Assembly: GCA_002245135.1 (NCBI GenBank)
Contig: NGBS01000332.1
Coordinates: 1 to 64,000, forward strand
Origin: Proteromonas lacertae
Taxonomy: Eukaryota
Length of the DNA: 64,000 nt
Reading direction: 5' to 3'
Part shown: positions 39,314 to 53,055 of the stretch, one piece after another
How positions within the stretch are numbered: the stretch's first letter is position 1
How the letters are laid out: each line of letters opens with the position of its first letter
Translations under genes and position numbers: made by a program
The notes under the pieces: generated by a model
The model's input: only the letters and a program-made list of their open reading frames with translations
The model's database searches: none
What the model was told of the DNA's origin: nothing

Positions 39314-40086
39314 AATATCAATACAAATAATGAAATAAATTTCAACTGATGAATTTATTTTTAAAAATTTCTGATTGGTTCAAATGTCGAGTAGTGACGT
39401 CACATAATTTCGCTAATTCTTCCTCAAGGAGAGTATGATTATTCATGATAACCATGATTATAGAAAGATTACAATATTCATTAACAGGATCTCCAATAAA
39501 ATATACCATATTTCATCTAGATGTTGAGATAATTGAGAAAATATAAAACTAATTATATGAATATGTAAATAATTCAGTATTTACACAATATATTTCAATA
39601 CTTTATTTAACTTAACAACTATTCCTAATTAAAAAGATAATAACAATGATATTCAATAAGGCTTTATTGCATAAGAAAATGGTGCCATATTGTTTACATC
39701 CATTTATAATATCCGTTTCACAACTCAACTGACAAATATTCTATGTAGAACATTATTCATTCAATTACAGTTCTTGAGTATCATTAAACTATTACTGATT
39801 AAACTTTGATTATCGAACAGGTTATATTCATTAAAAATACTGTTTCTAAAGTAAATTGCACTTTGAACTTAATTCTAAAGAAATATCATTAAATAATATC
39901 TCCAACTGTATAGTTGAGTAAATTATATAATATATTATAATGCTTCTATTATAGAATAAAGGATTATAGATTAGTAACATATAGACTTTACATTGATATT
40001 ATATATGAATAATGGTATTATTTATTTTTTAATAGTCAGATAAACACAATATTATTAATATAAAATAAATAATTAAGAATTACAAG

Positions 40087-41893
40087 TTATTTAGGCGCAA
40101 CTCTGCCATGTCTTCTTCCTTTTACATTCTTTGTTATATTTTCAGGAACAAAGTTCAATTCAATTCCATTTATTACACCCTCCTAAGTAAGAATTAGAAT
40201 AATTCATAATTAATAATATATACATCAGCAATAGTAGATGGTAAGCATGTTGTTTTACCAATATTATGATTTTTTATATAAGGCACTTGAGTCCTAGGAT
40301 CTTTCACAATTTCAACACCTTCACACATACCTGGAGTAGTTCTATATTGATTAGGATCAATCATATTTGATTTATGTGCTTTTGATAACTGATCCTCTAA
40401 CGTTTTCTGATTAATTCTAGAATATCTGTCATATAATATATCTAAATTGATTTCTTCACCTTGAATAGCTAAATCTACAAATTCTTCTTTATCTAATTCA
40501 GCTGTTTCTGAATCTTTTGAAACACCATGTTCAATCACTAATCCAGTCAAATATTCTATATGTTTATCATCAAATTTTGATCTCATTGCATTTCCAATAG
40601 CAGTCTTTAACTCTGAGTAGGAAATAATACCACTACCATCATTATCAATAAAATCGAATATTTTGCTATAAATTGCAGCTTGTAATGCATATCCAGCGAT
40701 TTCTTTGTCAAGATTTGTCTTTTGATAACCATAACTATAAAATTAAATAAAAAACAAAAAATATGTATTTATACTTTCTGTATATTTTAGAATCATATGG
40801 AAATAAGTAATATCCAATATAAGTAACAACAGTTGTACAGAAATCCCATCAATACAATTAGTTGAGATAATGCAGCTATTAATTCACTATAACTGAATCT
40901 ACCGACTTTACCTGTTATAGAATAACGAAATGATATTCCGCTGTGAGAATAGATTGAATATGAATCTATATATATATAAAAGATAATAATATATATATAA
41001 TATAATATATATACCAATATTATTTGTCAATGCAAATTCATTTCTAATCACTCGATCTTCCAAATCATCTAACTCAAATGTATATTCACAATCAAATCGA
41101 TTTTGTCTACTTGTACCAACACCGAACCAATAGACATTCATTCTTACATAAGGCATATTAGTGCATTCTATTTTTAATTGAACTGATAAACCAGTTTCTC
41201 TGTAGGTTTGATTATGTTTGGGATTAATTGAATCTAATGTTATGTTTAAATAATCCTCCAATATATTTCCTACTAATAAACTTATATTATTCCTTTCAAC
41301 TTTATTCTTCTGTTTGTCAATTAAGTGAAAAACATCATTTTCATTTTTGGTGGATACTGTTAGAAAACTGGAACTTAGTTTAAAATCAATATTTATGTTT
41401 GGTAGTAAAGCACCTGGATACTCATATGCAGTTTTCCTAACCAGTCTATTTGAATTATCTTCATAATCTGTTAACTCATAGTTATTATTACTACTACCAT
41501 ATGATGTTACATCTGAATATGTCAATATAAACATATCATCCCCCCTGGAACGATATATTTGGTCAAATCCAAGTGTCTTACAAGAAATATTACTTGGAAC
41601 AATTAAATCATCACATGTGTTAATAGTTTCATTATAAAATTTACCTTCACTTATAGAAAACACAACATTGCCAGATGGACTCTCTGTTTCGATGTATGTT
41701 TTATTCATAAAAATATCTAAGATCGTATATATTACAACTCCTATCTGGCATATTCTAACAAGTATTCCCTACGAATTTATTAGTAATGTTATTTATACCA
41801 GCCGTAGATCATCAAGAACTATATATTTTTGTGTCTTAAACTGGAATAAACCTCTTAACTAAAATATAACATATTAGAGCATACAAAAGACAT
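40087..41893 (-). CDS. P2X-receptor-like channel with C-terminal EF-hand
   Basis: Spliced N-terminus MSFLRGLFQFKTQKYIVLDDLRLGILVRICQIGVVIYTI...KTYIETESPSG. Pre-TM2 HSGISFRYSITGKVGRFSY. Tail IFDFIDNDGSGIISYSEL. Confidence 0.78.
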
Positions 41894-41942
41894 GAATCAG
41901 TTTTTAAATTTTTAAATTTTAAATTTCTATTTCAAAATAGAA

Positions 41943-44900
41943 ATGAATACCACCGATTTACAGCCTCCACCAGAAGCTCTAACAAAATCTGACTATGGAA
42001 GATTCTATTTGATTATACAACAAATATATAATCACCCTGGAAGAGATGATTTAAAGGACATTTTCAAATTAGCAGCTGATCAAAATGGAGGATTAATATC
42101 TTTAGGTGATTTTGAACAGATATGCAATACTTTAAGAGAGGTAATTGGCTTACCTCCATTTGTATTAATACTTACTTCTATTGTTTCTAGAATATTGATG
42201 CATTTTTTAATGAATTAAATCCAAATAGCACTACCAAAGGATTTATTCCTTATGATGTCGTATATAATCGATTATTTGAGTATGTCACTTGTTATTTATT
42301 ATTTATAGAGCACCAGCATCTCAAAGGTATAAATACTCTGTAATTATTATAGAATTGACATTGCTGCTATATCTGAAGAAGGATGGTCACAATTAGCTGA
42401 TCAAATGAAAGCGCATATAAATAAACAGGGAGGATTTAAACAGTTCAATGTACAGATGGGTGTAATCAGTACAAATGGAGATACAAAAGTGGATTTACAA
42501 CAGTTCTTGACAATCTTTGAAGAATCCACAGTTACATCAAAAGTATAATTATCATTACTGTTATTATCATAATATTATAGGATTTAGTAGCTGTATTTTT
42601 AAAATTAGATGTCCATATCCAACATGTAGTTTCATATGATCAAATAGTTGAATTTATACAGTATGATAACTTCTCATTTAATTTTATGTTTATTTAATAT
42701 AGTGATTATACCACAGAAGTAGAAATTCAAAATGTTAATTCTTTATTAGTAATGATTCGAAGAGCTTTGTTACGTCAATCAGATCCAAGTGGTTGGAAGA
42801 AAATATTTACATACACAGACCCAGATAATACAGGAAAAATAGGCTTTAGATAACTTCATAAAAGTAATTCGAATGATTACCAATAAAAACATGAAGAGGG
42901 AAGAAATTAAAGTGGTATTTAATCATTTTGATAGGACAGGGAAAGGAATAATTGATTATAATGATTTATTGCAGAAATTAAAGTATTGATTTTCAATAAT
43001 CTATAAAACATAGAGAGATGACGGATATTCCAGTATTTTCACCTTCAATTACAGAAGAGCTAACAAAATTAAAAGAAAAATTAAAGAAATGTTATAAACC
43101 TAAAATCTGGCTATATGAATTTCAAAAAATGGATATAAACCGTGAAGGATTAGTGAATAAGAAAAATTTTGAACAATTCTTTCAAAATCAAAATATAGAT
43201 GCAAATATAAGTTATGAAGTATTTAATATATTATCATTATTATTATTAATATAGGAAATTGAATTATTATTTCGTCACTTTGATAAATATAATGATGGAC
43301 AAATTTATTATGATGAGTTTCTTGATTTTATAGAGTATAAAATATATAATAATAATAATATTTTAGAGATAAAGAATTAATCATTCCACCACATATTCGT
43401 GATTTATTATTAACAATAAGAGATACAATTATAGCTAAATATGGAGATGATGATTGGAATGAAGTGTTTATAAAATTTGATAAGAATCATAATGGAACAT
43501 TATCAAGAGATGAGATGTGGAAGGGATTGTATGATTTGAATATACAAATGAGTGAATCAGTATATATATATATATCTGTTTTTATTTATATGTTTTTTTA
43601 TACATTTTCTTTTACCTATTTCTTATTATTTTCATAGCAATTTAATGATGTTTATGGCTTTTTGATAGAAACGATGACAATGCAATCGATTATCATGAAT
43701 TCATCAATATTTTAAAAGAAAATACTGTATTTAGATTAGAATTACCCACAATCGATGAAATAATCAGTCGAATTCAAAGAATATTCCGTCAAGATCCAAG
43801 AAGACTATATTGGATTGAATCTTTTAAGAAATATGACAAATCACACGAAGGATTTATATTATACTCAGATTTCTTACACATTTGTGATGATTTGAATATA
43901 AAAATGACAAGTGATGAATTATTAGCGTTATTTAACCATTATGATAAAGAATATAAGAAGAAAATGGATTATAATTTCTTCTTACATGAAATGGGAGCTA
44001 TTTCACAAGCACCATTGCCTATTCATATTAAAAGTTATATTGATATTATTAGAAGTGGTTTTAGAAGAGGTTATGGAAGTTATGGTAATTGGGAATCATT
44101 ATTTCAACAGATTGATACAAATCATGATGGTCATATTTCATCAAGAGAGTTTGAAAGAGGTTTGATGATATTGAATATTAAATTAAGTAAAGATGTATAT
44201 ATATAAAATTTATTTATATTTTTATAATAGAAAATTCATGAAGTATTCAATTATTTTGATGCTGATAATAGTGGATATATGGATTATGAAGAATTTGTAA
44301 CAATGTTAAAGTATGTTTTATATTTATTATCATTAGAGGTGAAAATGAATATGGAAGATCAGTAATAGAACTTCAAGATCACTTCAAATATATACTACAA
44401 GCAGTACGAGAAGCATTTCGTCGTCAAAAAGGTAAAAAAGATTGGTTAGCTGTCTTTAAAGAATATGATAAAGATGGTAATGGAAAATTAAGTCTAGATG
44501 AATTCAAACAATGTATAAATCGATTAGAAGTCGGTTTATTTAATTCAGAAATTGAAGATTTATTCGATTATTTAGATAGAGATAATAGTGGCGATATATC
44601 GTTTCGAGAATTTATTAACTACTTAGATCAAGAATGTATGACTGTTCATTCAGTCACAAGAATACCAATTCGTGATACACTTATATTTGCCCTAAAACAA
44701 TCATTAAAAAGATCAAATAAGAATGAATGGATTAGAATATTTGATAGAAGGACCAATAAAGCTGGTTTTGCTGATATTAAGCAATTTAAAGAAGTGATGG
44801 ATGAGTTAGATGTGTTGCTTGATTCAAGAGAGTTGAGAGAGATTTTCTCATATTATCAGAATGAAGATGCTGTGATTGATTATGTGAAATTTGTTAATGA

Positions 44901-46364
44901 ATTTGCGTATATATATATATTATTTATATATTATGTATTGTAAATAGTGAAGAAAATAAACCAATTGGAGCTGTTAAAGTTTCAGAAAAAGATTTTCATA
45001 TCATTTTTTTGTAAAACTTTACTCTATTATTTTTTCAATCTATAATTTTCTTTAATTTAATGTTGTTGTAACTGATTCATCCGAATTACAATCTAAAACA
45101 GACCGAATCTGTGAAATAATGAGAGATGGAATTAAGAAATGTATGAAAGAAAAACACTACAATCATATTGAAGAAATCTTCGGTTCAGAACACATAAAAA
45201 GAGGGAAAATCACACCACGGAGATTATTCATTACTTTAGACTCTTATATTAACTTAAGAGATTCAGAGAAAGAGTTATTAAGACAACAGTTAGATTATAA
45301 TGGAATATCTATTCAAGATTTGATTAATTTTATTGGTTTAGATTATGATGTATCTGTTATGATGGATGAAAATAATGTGTTGAGAGATACTCATAAAGTT
45401 AATACCAATTCATTATATATATATAATAGGTATAAAAATTATTATTAATTTGTTTATTACTTACTTCTTCTTCATCATTTTATCATTTCATTTATTTATT
45501 TATTTATTTTTAGATTGAGAAACATAATGCGACAATCAGTAATGACTCAATTCAATGAAATTGATCCTTTACCACTCTACGAAAAGATTAATGTTGGTCC
45601 AAGAGGTACATATGCTACATTTGATATGTTTTACTCTTACATTGCCAAACTACAATTAGGATATACAATGTATGACTTAGAAGATGTATTAAAAAGAATT
45701 GATAAGAATAATGATGAACATATTAGTTATTTTGAATTTCATTACTTTTTATCAGATGAAAATGAAATTTATAGAATTTGGGAAGAAAATGTTAGAGTTG
45801 AATTATTAACAGATTCTGAAAAAAGGTATTTCTATTTATTTATTTATAAAATAGAAAAACATTAAAACATTCATTATTAAATAGAGATATAAGAAACTGT
45901 GGATTACTATCAATTCATGATATTAATGACTGTTTCAGAAAAAGTGGTGTAAGAATTAGTGAAAGTGAATTAAGAGTATATATATATATATATTATCATT
46001 ATATTAGGAGTTGCAAATATTTTGTGAGTATAAAGATGGCATACCTTACAAGGAATTGTATTATTCTTGGACATATGTCCCTGTTGAAGGATCTGCTGAT
46101 CAATTATCAGGTAAAACTCTTCCAATGACAGGAATTGCACCTCTTTGTCCACCAGATTCTATTGGTTATTATTTAGAGAATCAATCAAGTAAACAGGAGA
46201 GGAAACTGTTTTCTACTTTGATGAAAGTGCTTGATAAATTTGAAAAGAAGTTTGGATTACAGCCACAAGCAGCTCCTAACTCAAATGATACGAATTCTGC
46301 TTTAATTATTAATCTAGGTGGTAGATTAAGATGTCAAATATCATTCTTTTTGTCAGATTCTTAA
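41943..46364 (+). CDS. Large multi-EF-hand calcium-binding protein (many exons)
   Basis: Numerous EF loops: DQNGGLISLGDF, DKYNDGQIYYDEF, DKNHNGTLSRDE, DTNHDGHISSREF, DADNSGYMDYEEF, DKDGNGKLSLDEF, DRDNSGDISFREF, DKNNDEHISYFEF. Confidence 0.85.
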
Positions 46365-46442
46365 ATTAATCTAATTTATGATTTTATTTTGCGTTTTTTT
46401 AAATTCATTTCAATAAATATATTCGTTTCATTATTAATAGAA

Positions 46443-47591
46443 ATGTCATTTTCTAATCAACAATATGATAGATTTGATTGCAAAAATGAGAATATATGGA
46501 AATCACAATTTTCCAACAATTTGGAAAGTATTTTACAGAAGAACTGGAATGATGTTGGTAAATCAATAGAAGTAGAAGTAAGGTTAGGAAAAATCGCAGA
46601 AAATAGCTTCATCAGTGGAGTGGGACATTCATATTTTGAAGGGATGAAGAATTACCTGTTAAATAAGAATATATGGACAACAAAGGGTTTAGAGCCAATA
46701 AAACCCAAAGAGGTAGTTACTTATGACTTAATGTACTCAAATAGAAGAAGAGTTACACTCATTTACGAAAATGGTGGTATTAGAGAAGGTGAAGTAATAA
46801 CAAAAACCAAACATGATAGATTAGATTTTACATTTTCTGGAAATGCATATTGTCTTCGTTTAGGTACTGCATCTGAAATTCCTCTCTCAACTACAGAAAA
46901 ACAGGAATTATATTTACGTGGTAATAGATATTTTCACAATAAACCAGATGCTACAGATCCTCAGCCAATTAATATTCGAAAAAAGATTCGTTGGAGCTTT
47001 AATAATCGCAATGATTTTGAGATTGATATGACTATTACACATGAGAGTAAAATATTGAATGATATTGATTCAACTAATCCAATATACGAAATAGAATATG
47101 AATTTGGAGAGCCAAAGACTCCATTATTACCATATATAGTATATCACATTAAAAACATCGGAAAATATCTATTAACAATGAAGGATGAGTTATTATTAAT
47201 TCCAAGTGATAGTAAGTTTAATAATTATAACACAATTGAAACTAATTTGAATTGTGATATTACAATAGAGGATATGTTTCCTAGAATGAATGATCCCTTG
47301 CTAGAAATAATAAGAAATAACAATGGTATTTTACCTTCTGATATAACTAAGCAGTTACGTTGGATTGAAGCATTTCCTATTAGAATCCAGAAACTGAATG
47401 GAGAATTAGTTTCGTTGAATGGTAAAGATAATTCTAAAATGGTGACCATTACATGTGACCCTGGTGAAGTGAAGTATAATAAAAATTCAATTCCTGTTTG
47501 TGCTGGACATGTTATTGGTGTAGTTGATAGAGAAAAATGGACAAAATATAAATGTAATATAGTTCCTTCGACAAAACGAAAACATGAATAA
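46443..47591 (+). CDS. mRNA 5'-triphosphatase, Cet1/TTM (CYTH) type
   Basis: IEVEVRLG motif A, RKKIRWSF, FEIDMT, YEIEYE motif C; intronless. Confidence 0.8.
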   Translation: MSFSNQQYDRFDCKNENIWKSQFSNNLESILQKNWNDVGKSIEVEVRLGKIAENSFISGVGHSYFEGMKNYLLNKNIWTTKGLEPIKPKEVVTYDLMYSNRRRVTLIYENGGIREGEVITKTKHDRLDFTFSGNAYCLRLGTASEIPLSTTEKQELYLRGNRYFHNKPDATDPQPINIRKKIRWSFNNRNDFEIDMTITHESKILNDIDSTNPIYEIEYEFGEPKTPLLPYIVYHIKNIGKYLLTMKDELLLIPSDSKFNNYNTIETNLNCDITIEDMFPRMNDPLLEIIRNNNGILPSDITKQLRWIEAFPIRIQKLNGELVSLNGKDNSKMVTITCDPGEVKYNKNSIPVCAGHVIGVVDREKWTKYKCNIVPSTKRKHE

Positions 47592-47742
47592 TATAGAGAT
47601 ATTTATTTGTAATTGTTTAAGATAGAATTTTAATTTTGTGTATCACGTTTTGTGTTTATAAAACAATAGAATTAATAGTAAAATATAATGAAATTGTTTC
47701 TTTGATAAATACACTTTATACACTGTATTTGTATTGTGAAAG

Positions 47743-48454
47743 ATGTTATTAAATAAAAAGAATAAGGAACAGTTGATTGATAAGGATATTCCAGAAATTA
47801 TAAATTGTATCAAAACTTCATTTCTTAGAATAAGCAACTATGATATGTGTTTAGATAAAATAATTAGGTTAGATCTGAGTGATTTAGAAATTGATGATGA
47901 TTTTTTCGCATCATTCATTTCTTTGAGACTGACTGATTTGAAGGAAATAGTAGAGTTGGAGTTGAGTAGTATTTTTTTAATATTTCTTTATTGTTTAGAT
48001 AATAAACTCACATCTAAAAGTGTACAATTACTGTTAATTAATTTATCTTCATTTTCAAATCTTGAATATGTTGGATTAAATGGAAATGAAATAGGAGATG
48101 AAGGAATGAAACTACTTTCTTCACATTTATATTTATTAAGAGATTTTAATGATAATGTAAATTGTTCAAGTATTGTTGGTATTATCTATAATGAAATAGA
48201 AATGGGGTTATCTTCAATTGGATTAATACATCTATTAGATAATTTTAAGAGTATGTACTTAAGAGAATATGAAAGAATCAATTTACTTAATTTAAGTGAT
48301 AATAAAATAGATTCAAAAGGAATAAAATATTTGATGAGTTTTATAGAAAATAACCATATCAACAAGTATTTCATTCATAGTATTATTATAAATTTAATGG
48401 TTGTTAATAGATAACCCTGGGTTTGTCATCAACAAGAAAAGTAACAAAATTTGA
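47743..48454 (+). CDS. RNI-like leucine-rich repeat protein
   Basis: LDLSDLEIDD, VGLNGNEIGDEG, LNLSDNKIDSKG; short introns. Confidence 0.7.
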
Positions 48455-48543
48455 AGATATAGAATAACTATGAATATAATAATAAACGAAAACACTCAAT
48501 AAAACGAATATATTCAAACAAACACACATTTAATTATTGTTAA

Positions 48544-51500
48544 TTATTCTTTTTTTGATTCTTCACCTTTTCTAATTTCATCATCTTTAGGAGTTTCTTT
48601 GGAATTATCTTTCGGGGTTTCTATTTCTTCTATTGAAGTAGATTCTATTTTTCCTTTTGTTTCTGTTGATTTTGTTATTGAATCTAAACGAAAATGTAAT
48701 GGAGAAGGAGGAGGTGGAATTACTTTATTATTCATTGAATATGATAATGGTGATGACCTTGCAATATCGTCATTCTTTCTACATAATTCTATTTCTCTCT
48801 AATAACAATAAATAAATAATAATAAAAATAAATACCAAATCAATTGAATTCTTTCTCATATCACAAAATGGAGATAAAGGAATTAAATTATTAATAATTT
48901 TGTTTTTATTAATATAACTCTCTTCTATATCATCTATTACATATTCATGATCTTCAGATGTGTTGGGAATGTGGAGTATATTCTTATCTTGAGTATTTAT
49001 ATTTGGATGAATCATTTCATCGAATTGTGGACTATAAAAATATAATCATGAAATAATAGTATATACTTTTCAGTAAGGAATAATCTACAATCTTCATCTA
49101 TTACATAATCTTTAGAATTTACTAAATTTATTCCTACAAATGGTTCAATGATTATTATATTTGCACTGCTATTTAATTTTGTACTTATTTTACCACTTAA
49201 TAATATATAATATCCATTTAATTCTGGATTTTCTCCTTTCTTATACTTCACTAAACTTCCTTTTTCTATAATTTCATTCAACTATTAATTTCATTATATA
49301 TATATATATATATATATACATTTATTTCACTTACACCTTTGAAATCAGGTAAAATTTCACTTGCTACTTTCTTTGCAACAAATTTACAGAATGAAAATTC
49401 TAAATCTGGATATTCTCTCATCTTCTCATTAAATTCATTCAACGGAAAACGAAATGCAACAGCTTGTGTAGAAGTAACAGTGACAGTGTAAAATCTAACT
49501 TTTCCACTTAATGAAGATAATGTACCAAAGATATGACCTGGATAAATAACACTCCTAATATCCTCACTTTCTGTTTCATTTTCGTCTTTTTCCATGTTTT
49601 GATTTACACCTTTTAAATCACCCAATGAAGATAATGAATTATCAGAATCTGGATATTCACTAGATCTTGATCTAGTGAATGTACTTGTATTATCTGAGAC
49701 TTGTCTTTTGAATAAATTTGAATTTAAAGCACCATGTTCTTCTTCTATTAATAAATATAAATAAATAAATTATAATTAATATACTATGCAAATTTCTTAT
49801 CGTCTCATTTTTTAAATCATCATCATCATTATTTAACACTTTTCGAAAATTCTGATTGAATGTAACTTTGGCTGTTCCTCTTTGCATAATTAAAAAACCA
49901 TCAGATGGATGACCTTGAGCAAATATTGTCTCATTTAATTCATATTCATTTATTCTAACCAATTTTGCTAATTTTTTTATGATTGCTTCAGATTCTGATC
50001 CTATGTTGTAAAATATTGGATTTCTCATCATCATTTCAATAGGAGTTATTGGTTTTATTTCAGTTAATCGATGATTTGTAACAATATGAGCTTTATCTAA
50101 CATTTCTACTATTCTTTCATATTCTTTCTCTTCTAGATCTCCAGTTTCAACGGATTTTTCACAAGCACCATCCAACTTCTTTAATACGATATCTACAGCC
50201 TTAATTGTTTGAATTTCAGGGATTATATCTTTATAAATTCTATTTAATTCATTTAAATAATCAATCGCTTTATCAATATCTTTACGAACAGAACCATACA
50301 CACTGAAAGCAATACTTTCTTCTTTACTTAAAAGTGTAAAAAATCTCTTCTTTGCTACACGATAAGCAGCGATAAAACCAACTGTAACTTCCCATGCTGT
50401 AGTAACTTCATAAATTAAATATTTTCTAGATAACCAATTAACTAATGGATATTTTGACAATGATTCTAAAAATGAGAATGGCTTGATTCTTCGAGCTATT
50501 TCATCCCATTGTTTCATACAATCATCATCATCTTGATGTAATAATAATCGATCTTGTACTGTAGCATTTTCTTCTAATAATATTAACAGTGAAGGTTTTG
50601 ATAATAAACCATCAATATTCTGTTTCCAATATCTATTTAATAATATATATATATATATATATACACTGCTCTTACGGTATTTAATAATTTCTTTCTTGCC
50701 ACTCCAATTGCATCAACATTATTGGATGATATGTCTTTAATATTTGATTTATATTGTAACTATTAAATACATAATATATTTAAATATATTATACTCTTTT
50801 ATGAGCATCTGTTTTATGATCATCTTTTCTAAGTTTTGGATATTCTTCAGATAAATCAGGAATAAATGACCAAACAGAATCCCAATTAGCAAATATACAC
50901 AATTTCCTTTGCTACTTATAATAAATAATTATAATTTTTTTATACCAATAAGTTTTGAACTCTTCCTTTTATTTTATCATAAAATTGTCTCATTACTCCA
51001 TTGTATATTTCCTTCTCAAATAATGGCGATCTTGTCATTCCTAATGCTTTTACTATTAATCCACTAGTTGATCCATTGATAAATGTTGTTAAAAATGCAA
51101 TTCCACCAACAAAAAATACATATTTTTTACCAATATCCTATTTAGATAATTATTATTCTTATTATACTTTATCAATAGTATCTTGATGTGATACAACTAA
51201 TGCTAAAACTAGAGCCATTGCTCCTCTTAAACCAGAATATGATATTACAATTGCTTCCTGCCAATTTATACCATAACCAAATTTCTTTAATGGATAACTA
51301 TATATATAAAAAATAATATATAAATGAACATACTAAAATACTCCTATCATGACAAATCTTAATACATTTATAAATAAAAAGAATAATATCAAATATAACC
51401 AATCATAACCATCTATCGATTCATCTAAAAATGATTGTTTCATTATAATAGCACCTGTTATTACAAATATCACTGTATTAGCCATATAGGAAAATACTTC

Positions 51501-52402
51501 CCAAAAATGATTCATTATTTTCTCTTCATCACTTTTCATTGATTCAAAACTACTTAATACTATACCATAAGTTACTAACGTTATTACTCCACTCACATCA
51601 CAGTAATATTCACTTATATAAAATGACATATATGTTAAAACAACTGTTAATACAACTTGACATATTGAATCTCGGATTGTTGACATTAATATATAACAAA
51701 TAAAACCTGTTAATAAACCAATAGCTACTCCTCCTAATGATAATTGAAAGAATGTACCAATCGCTTCACCTACACTTGAATCAATACCTTTAAAAAATGT
51801 GAAAAACACTTGAAAACCAACCATTGCTGTTCCATCATTCAATAATGATTCACCTTCTACTAATAAATTAAGTTGATGAGGTGCACCTAGTTCGTGCAAT
51901 AGTGATACAACTGCTACTGGATCTGTTGCACTGATTATTGAACCAAATGTAAAACAACAATACCAACCCCAATTATAAGGAAAGACATAATGAGCATAGA
52001 GTGCTACAAATACTAACGTAAATACGACACCAGGACCAGCTAAAAATAAAATCTATTCATCATATTCTATATATTATACTTGAATAAACGATTTTCTCAT
52101 TGTATGAAAATCAGCATTTATTGCACTGTCAAATATTAATGGAGGTATGAATATATATAAAAGTAAGTGAGGGTTCATGGTACGCCAGATATCAAGATTT
52201 CGTTCTATAACTCTAACAAAATAATAATAATCAAATACTCAGATCCTTCAGCTATGCTACTATACACTATTCCTACTAAAAATAAAACCACTGTGTAGGG
52301 AACTGGAAGGATCTTACCATATACTTTTATAAGTATCCCTATAAACAACGAGATGAAGAAAAATATTGCAGCTTCAGCACCACTTAATTCAGCCATCGCC
52401 AT
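48544..52402 (-). CDS. Na+/H+ exchanger, SOS1/NHX7/SLC9C-like, with cyclic-nucleotide-binding-like domain(s)
   Basis: PVPYTV, ISATDPVAVV, EGESLLNDGTA, YSGLRGAMA, TFINGSTSG; IFAQGHPSDGFLIMQRG...PGHIFG. Confidence 0.92.
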
Positions 52403-53055
52403 TTTATAAAAACAATGAATGACACGATCTGAGTTTTTCGAAATTGAAGAAATTATTTATTTGAATAACTCTATGAATTGAGAGTAAAACTTGGAAATTA
52501 TTTGATCCAATCAATGTTTAAATCATTATATACGAGTATGATAGATAAAAATGGTTATACATAAAAATAGAAGTGATATAGGAATTACGCTTAATATGTA
52601 TCGTATTTTTGATCTATAATGCATTAGACTATATGTAATTGAAAATCTAAAGTGTTATCTAGATAATTATATGAATAAATTAACTTGTATTTTCTTTCTT
52701 TCTTGTATTTAATTTTACTAATAAATACATTAATATCAATAAAATAATTATGGATAATATCAGAACAGATATTTAATTAAACAGATCTTATCTGTTTTTC
52801 TTCTGAAATTTCATTCAGCTCAATTCTTCCAATTGATGAAAATGTTTCTAGAAATGATTTTTATCATATTTATATCATGCAGTCGCTTTACAGTAACATC
52901 AAATATACTTCCACATCAGATGGTAGTATTAAGGATAGTATATCATTTACAAAAAATTTAGCATTTTTCTGTTTTAATATGAAAATAGAGTCGTTTTATG
53001 TGATGTTTAGTTATTTCAGTATAGTGATCGCATTTTTGAAGAATTAATAAACAAA

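Noticed and set aside
39370..39405. CCAAT box and GTGACGTCAC palindrome upstream of the mucin gene (CCAAT also ~21700-21727 and ~52507)
   Set aside because: Plausible promoter elements, but too short to support without TSS data.
25360..50665. (TA)n microsatellites
   Set aside because: Ordinary intronic low-complexity runs.
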